From a bacterium (lineage in GTDB: Bacteria > Chloroflexota > Dormibacteria > Aeolococcales > Bog-877): a stretch of DNA of 64,000 nt. This document shows positions 61,291-64,000 of this stretch, one piece after another; positions within the stretch are counted from its first letter, which is position 1, and the number at the start of each line of letters is the position of its first letter. The stretch covers positions 2,769 through 66,768 of the forward strand of contig JAKAXE010000001.1 of the NCBI GenBank assembly GCA_021816695.1, written 5' to 3'. The translations under genes were made by a program, and so were the position numbers. The notes under the pieces are model-generated. The model searched no databases and was not told the origin of the DNA. It was given only the letters and a program-made list of their open reading frames with translations.

Positions 61291-63195
61291 CTATCCTCGG
61301 TCGCCACTCGCCCCCACTCCGGGTGGCTGCACCCTGACCCTGGCCTGGGTGGCCCCGGCCAGCATCAGGAACTCGCCCCGGCTGCACCGCTGCAGCCATT
61401 CGCAGTCCTCGTCACTTAGGTCGAAGCCCGACTTGAGGCGCTGGAGCCCGGGCCCGGTCGTCGACCCCACCAGCAGGGTCGCCGAGTTGCCGGCGACCAG
61501 CTCGCCGAAGTCCTCGACGGCAAGGTCGCGGGGCGCCTGGGTCAGGAGCAGCAGGGAGCCGGAATACTTGCGCAGTCGCCGGGCCATCTGCCCCATCAGC
61601 TCGGCCAGTTGGGGCTGGGTGGCGAGCAGACCGGCCTCGTCGATGATGACCTGCTTGGGAGCGGGGTCGCGTTGCGCCCAGGCCCAGAGCCATTGCGAGA
61701 CCAGCAGGGCGGCGCCCGCCCGCCAGCGCGCGGGGAGATCGCGCAGCCCCACCCCGAGGGCGCGGGTCACCTCCGGGCCCCGGCCGGGCCGGCTGAAGAG
61801 CATTCCCCCCTGCCCCTCGACCCACGGCCGCAGCCGGGCCGCCAGGCTACGGCCGTGGGGGTCCCCCGCCATCGCGGGCAGCAGGTCGGCCAGCACCGGT
61901 GCCGAGCCGCCAGCGCCCAGCCGAGCAGCTGCACATGCCTCCAGGAAGGCGCCCACCTCCGAGGGGGAGAGGGGGCCAGCCAGCAGCTCCACCAGCTCCC
62001 GGGCGGCGAGTTCGCCCTCCCCGGGCGTTGCGGTCTCGAAGACGTTGAAGCCGAGCCCGCCGCCGCGGGCCAGGTCGAGGTACGTGCCTCCCACGGCCTC
62101 ACACCACTCCCGGTGCTCGTTCTCCGGGTCAACCACGACGGTGAGCGCCCCAGCCCGCGCCTGGGAGATACCGACCACCCGCGCCAGGTAGGACTTGCCG
62201 GCGCCCGAGGCGGCGATCACGCAGCAGTTGGAATTGGGGGCGGCGGCCGAGGCGGCCAGCTTCAGCCCCACCGGGCCCTGAGTGCGCAGGTGACGACCGA
62301 TCCGGCAGCTCCCCGGGCCCAGCTCCCCCGGCCCGTCCAGCCAGGGCCAGAAGGTTGCCAACTCCGGGGTGGTGAGCAGTCGGATGAAGGCTCGCCGGGG
62401 TCTCCCACATCCCCTCGCCTCCAGCAGGGCCGGACCCTCGTCCAGCCAGGCCGGCGCCAGCTGGGCCCGCATCCCCAGCGCCCGGCGTCGCAGCCGGGCC
62501 GTGGCCGCCCGCACCTCCCCGACCGGGCCGCCTCCGACCGCCATCGAGACCGCCACCTCGAACGCCCGCCCCTCTCCCCGGGCCAGAACCTCGCGGAGGT
62601 GGGTGGCGGCCGCCCTCTCGACCACCAGCGCCGGGTCGGGCATCCCCCAGTCCGCCTCCAGCTCGCGGGCTGCCAGCTCCCGCAGCCGGTGGCGGAGTCG
62701 CCGGTCGGCGCTGCCGGTGGTCACCGGAGAGATGCTTACGGTGAGGTCAAGGTCCTGTGGCTCGCCCACCAGCTGCCACAGCCAGCCGGCTTCGACCGGC
62801 ACCCGTGGCAGGGTGGTGAGCCGGAGGCACTCCACCCACCACCCCGCCCACCCGATGCCCGTGGCCCGCTCCCGGATTGGCCCCTGAATGAGAGGAGGGA
62901 GGGTGCTCGAGGCGCGCACCTCGGCCCCGCAGAGCCTCTCCAGCTGAGCTGTCGTCTGGGCCGCGCGGTCGGCGCTGGCAGATCGCAGCCAGACCGACCG
63001 ACGGCGCCGGCCGTCCGCCTGCCGTGATGTAACGGTGAGGCGGACCGGAGCATCGAGCTGGTCTAACCATGCCTCGAACCCAGCCAGCAGCTGGGCTCGG
63101 GGAGCCGGACGGGCGTCGAGGATGTCCGGGCCGGCGATCTCTATGAGCCACTCCGCCTCAGCGGACTTCGCGCCGGCTATCCGGCATCCGTCCAA
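61291..63195 (-). CDS. VirB4/TraC/TrsE-like conjugation-type ATPase (AAA_10/DUF87-like)
   Basis: 634 aa. The N-terminal domain follows the VirB4 pattern ('WLIEIAGPDILDARPAPRAQLLAGFEAWLDQLDAPVRLTV'). Walker A 'CCVIAASGAGKSYLARVV', Walker B 'KQVIIDEAGLL', then 'RRLRKYSGSLLLLTQAPRDL'. Confidence 0.75.
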   Translation of the reverse strand: MDGCRIAGAKSAEAEWLIEIAGPDILDARPAPRAQLLAGFEAWLDQLDAPVRLTVTSRQADGRRRRSVWLRSASADRAAQTTAQLERLCGAEVRASSTLPPLIQGPIRERATGIGWAGWWVECLRLTTLPRVPVEAGWLWQLVGEPQDLDLTVSISPVTTGSADRRLRHRLRELAARELEADWGMPDPALVVERAAATHLREVLARGEGRAFEVAVSMAVGGGPVGEVRAATARLRRRALGMRAQLAPAWLDEGPALLEARGCGRPRRAFIRLLTTPELATFWPWLDGPGELGPGSCRIGRHLRTQGPVGLKLAASAAAPNSNCCVIAASGAGKSYLARVVGISQARAGALTVVVDPENEHREWCEAVGGTYLDLARGGGLGFNVFETATPGEGELAARELVELLAGPLSPSEVGAFLEACAAARLGAGGSAPVLADLLPAMAGDPHGRSLAARLRPWVEGQGGMLFSRPGRGPEVTRALGVGLRDLPARWRAGAALLVSQWLWAWAQRDPAPKQVIIDEAGLLATQPQLAELMGQMARRLRKYSGSLLLLTQAPRDLAVEDFGELVAGNSATLLVGSTTGPGLQRLKSGFDLSDEDCEWLQRCSRGEFLMLAGATQARVRVQPPGVGASGDRG

Positions 63196-63434
63196 GACGA
63201 CCGCTCGCCCCGGCCGGCGAGGGAGCGGAGCCAGTAGGCGCCGAGCCGCTCGAGCCAGCCCAGGGCCGAGAGCTCCAGCAGCCTGGCCCAGGCCAGGAGC
63301 GAGCCCGGCCCCAGCACCAGCCCGGCTAGGAGCACCCTGGGCCCCAGGGGGAGCGGGGCTCGCAGCGCGGCTGCCCCTCCCGCCAGGACGAGGCCTAGAA
63401 GGGCCAGCCGGGCTGGTGGCAGCCCGAGCGCCAT
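63177..63434 (-). CDS. Small two-TM protein, PrgI/VirB3-like candidate
   Basis: 85 aa from the ATG at 63434, preceded by GAGGAG; the track start GTG at 63470 is also possible. Hydrophobic hairpin 'LALLGLVLAGGAAAL...VLLAGLVLGPGSLLAW'. The 3' end overlaps the VirB4-like start, the classic VirB3-VirB4 arrangement. Confidence 0.4.
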   Translation of the reverse strand: MALGLPPARLALLGLVLAGGAAALRAPLPLGPRVLLAGLVLGPGSLLAWARLLELSALGWLERLGAYWLRSLAGRGERSSWTDAG

Positions 63435-63586
63435 CGCCTCCTCACGCCCGCCGTCCGGAGCCAGGATCACGTCTCACCAGGCTGGACCGGCCGCGGCCCC
63501 GCCGTGACGCCCGCACTCCCGAGACACCCGCAGCTGAACACCTCCATCCCCGTCCACCAACGTCCGCCGCCCGGCGGAGGGTGGGC

Positions 63587-64000
63587 TCAGGGACGGTGGA
63601 GCTCGAAGGTGAAGCCCACCGTCTGGGAGGGCAGGCGGGGCGCCTTGGTGACCCGCACCGTGACCCGCTCAGCCCGCGGGAGCGCCAGCACCGCCTCCGC
63701 GATGGCTCCCGCGAGCGCCTCCAGAAGGTTGAACTCCGACCCCTGAACCACCCTCCGGACGGCCGCCTCCACCAGGGAGTAGCTGAGGGTGTCTTCCAAG
63801 CGGTCACTGGCCACGGCGACCGACAGGTCCGCCTCCACCTCCACATCCACCTCCACGTGCGACCCCAGCTCGCGCTCGGCGGGGTGCGCCCCGTGCCGAC
63901 CGAAGTAGCGAAGCCCCCGGAGGACCAGCCGCTCGCGACCCCGACGGTCGGAGCTCAGGGAGCCGTCCCTGTAGGGGAGTCCACCGCCTCGATGGACTCG
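63587..64000 (-). CDS. folB: Dihydroneopterin aldolase; 5' boundary unresolved (frame stays open to the window edge)
   Basis: 'RLVLRGLRYFGRHGAHPAERELGSHVEVDVEVEADLS...SDRLEDTLSYSLV...FNLLEALAGAIAEAVL...VTVRVTKP'. The homologous part starts near 63930. There is no ATG/GTG/TTG upstream of 63856 in frame, so the start is either a CTG-type codon or the reading frame continues beyond the window. Confidence 0.85.
   Translation of the reverse strand, partial: RVHRGGGLPYRDGSLSSDRRGRERLVLRGLRYFGRHGAHPAERELGSHVEVDVEVEADLSVAVASDRLEDTLSYSLVEAAVRRVVQGSEFNLLEALAGAIAEAVLALPRAERVTVRVTKAPRLPSQTVGFTFELHRP

Noticed and set aside
1-64000. CRISPR arrays, rRNA genes, insertion sequences, transposases and prophage genes.
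   Set aside because: No regularly spaced direct repeats were seen, no rRNA-like conserved blocks, and no DDE/HUH/serine/tyrosine recombinase signatures in any frame. The only repeats are the 21-bp duplication (49064-49105), short palindromes, and low-complexity Pro/Arg codon runs inside genes (for example 9290-9480 and 43500-43680).

Overview
Very GC-rich (about 70% by eye), densely coding bacterial chromosomal segment. I call about 60 protein genes, one tRNA-Glu and one decayed ABC-ATPase gene. I saw no rRNA, CRISPR array, integrase or transposase. Domain content (ceoB/ceoC-like TrkA pair, DUF3151, a MoxR/DUF58/DUF4350/DUF4129/SpoIIM/RDD locus, many leaderless-looking starts) suggests an Actinomycetota-like organism; this is inference only.

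Content, left to right:
- gyrA (5' partial), then small housekeeping and stress genes, proS, and a translationally coupled string dinB / small ORF / Nudix / membrane protein / moaC / GAF-PucR regulator.
- An 8-gene overlapping minus-strand operon for a form-II-like CoxSLM molybdenum hydroxylase with CoxD, CoxE, XdhC, MocA and a Mo-binding protein.
- GH5 and GH36-like glycosidases, mogA, dCMP deaminase, and pckA and glpX flanking a CBS/zinc-ribbon protein.
- A cell-wall neighbourhood: orphan response regulator, a single 1039-aa SEDS (RodA/FtsW)-class B PBP fusion, mreB, a membrane pseudokinase-like protein, and a coiled-coil glucosaminidase.
- GH15, tRNA-Glu(CUC), DUF3151, a GT-B glycosyltransferase, a DHH phosphoesterase, and a coiled-coil CHAP hydrolase.
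- The MoxR locus with ispH wedged inside it.
- At the right end, a compact type-IV-secretion-like gene set (PrgI/VirB3-like, VirB4-like ATPase, orphan protein, pilin-like, TrbL/VirB6-like) sitting in one tight minus-strand string with the housekeeping genes folB and dtd. No relaxase, coupling protein or integrase is visible.

The most interesting items are that T4SS-like set, the SEDS-bPBP fusion with its adjacent pseudokinase, the uncharacterised MoxR locus, a recurrent leaderless-promoter architecture, and two unusually long non-coding gaps (27063-27760 and 49796-50359).

All family assignments come from motif recognition by eye and not from database searches. Most long alternate-frame ORFs in the track are GC-driven shadow ORFs.
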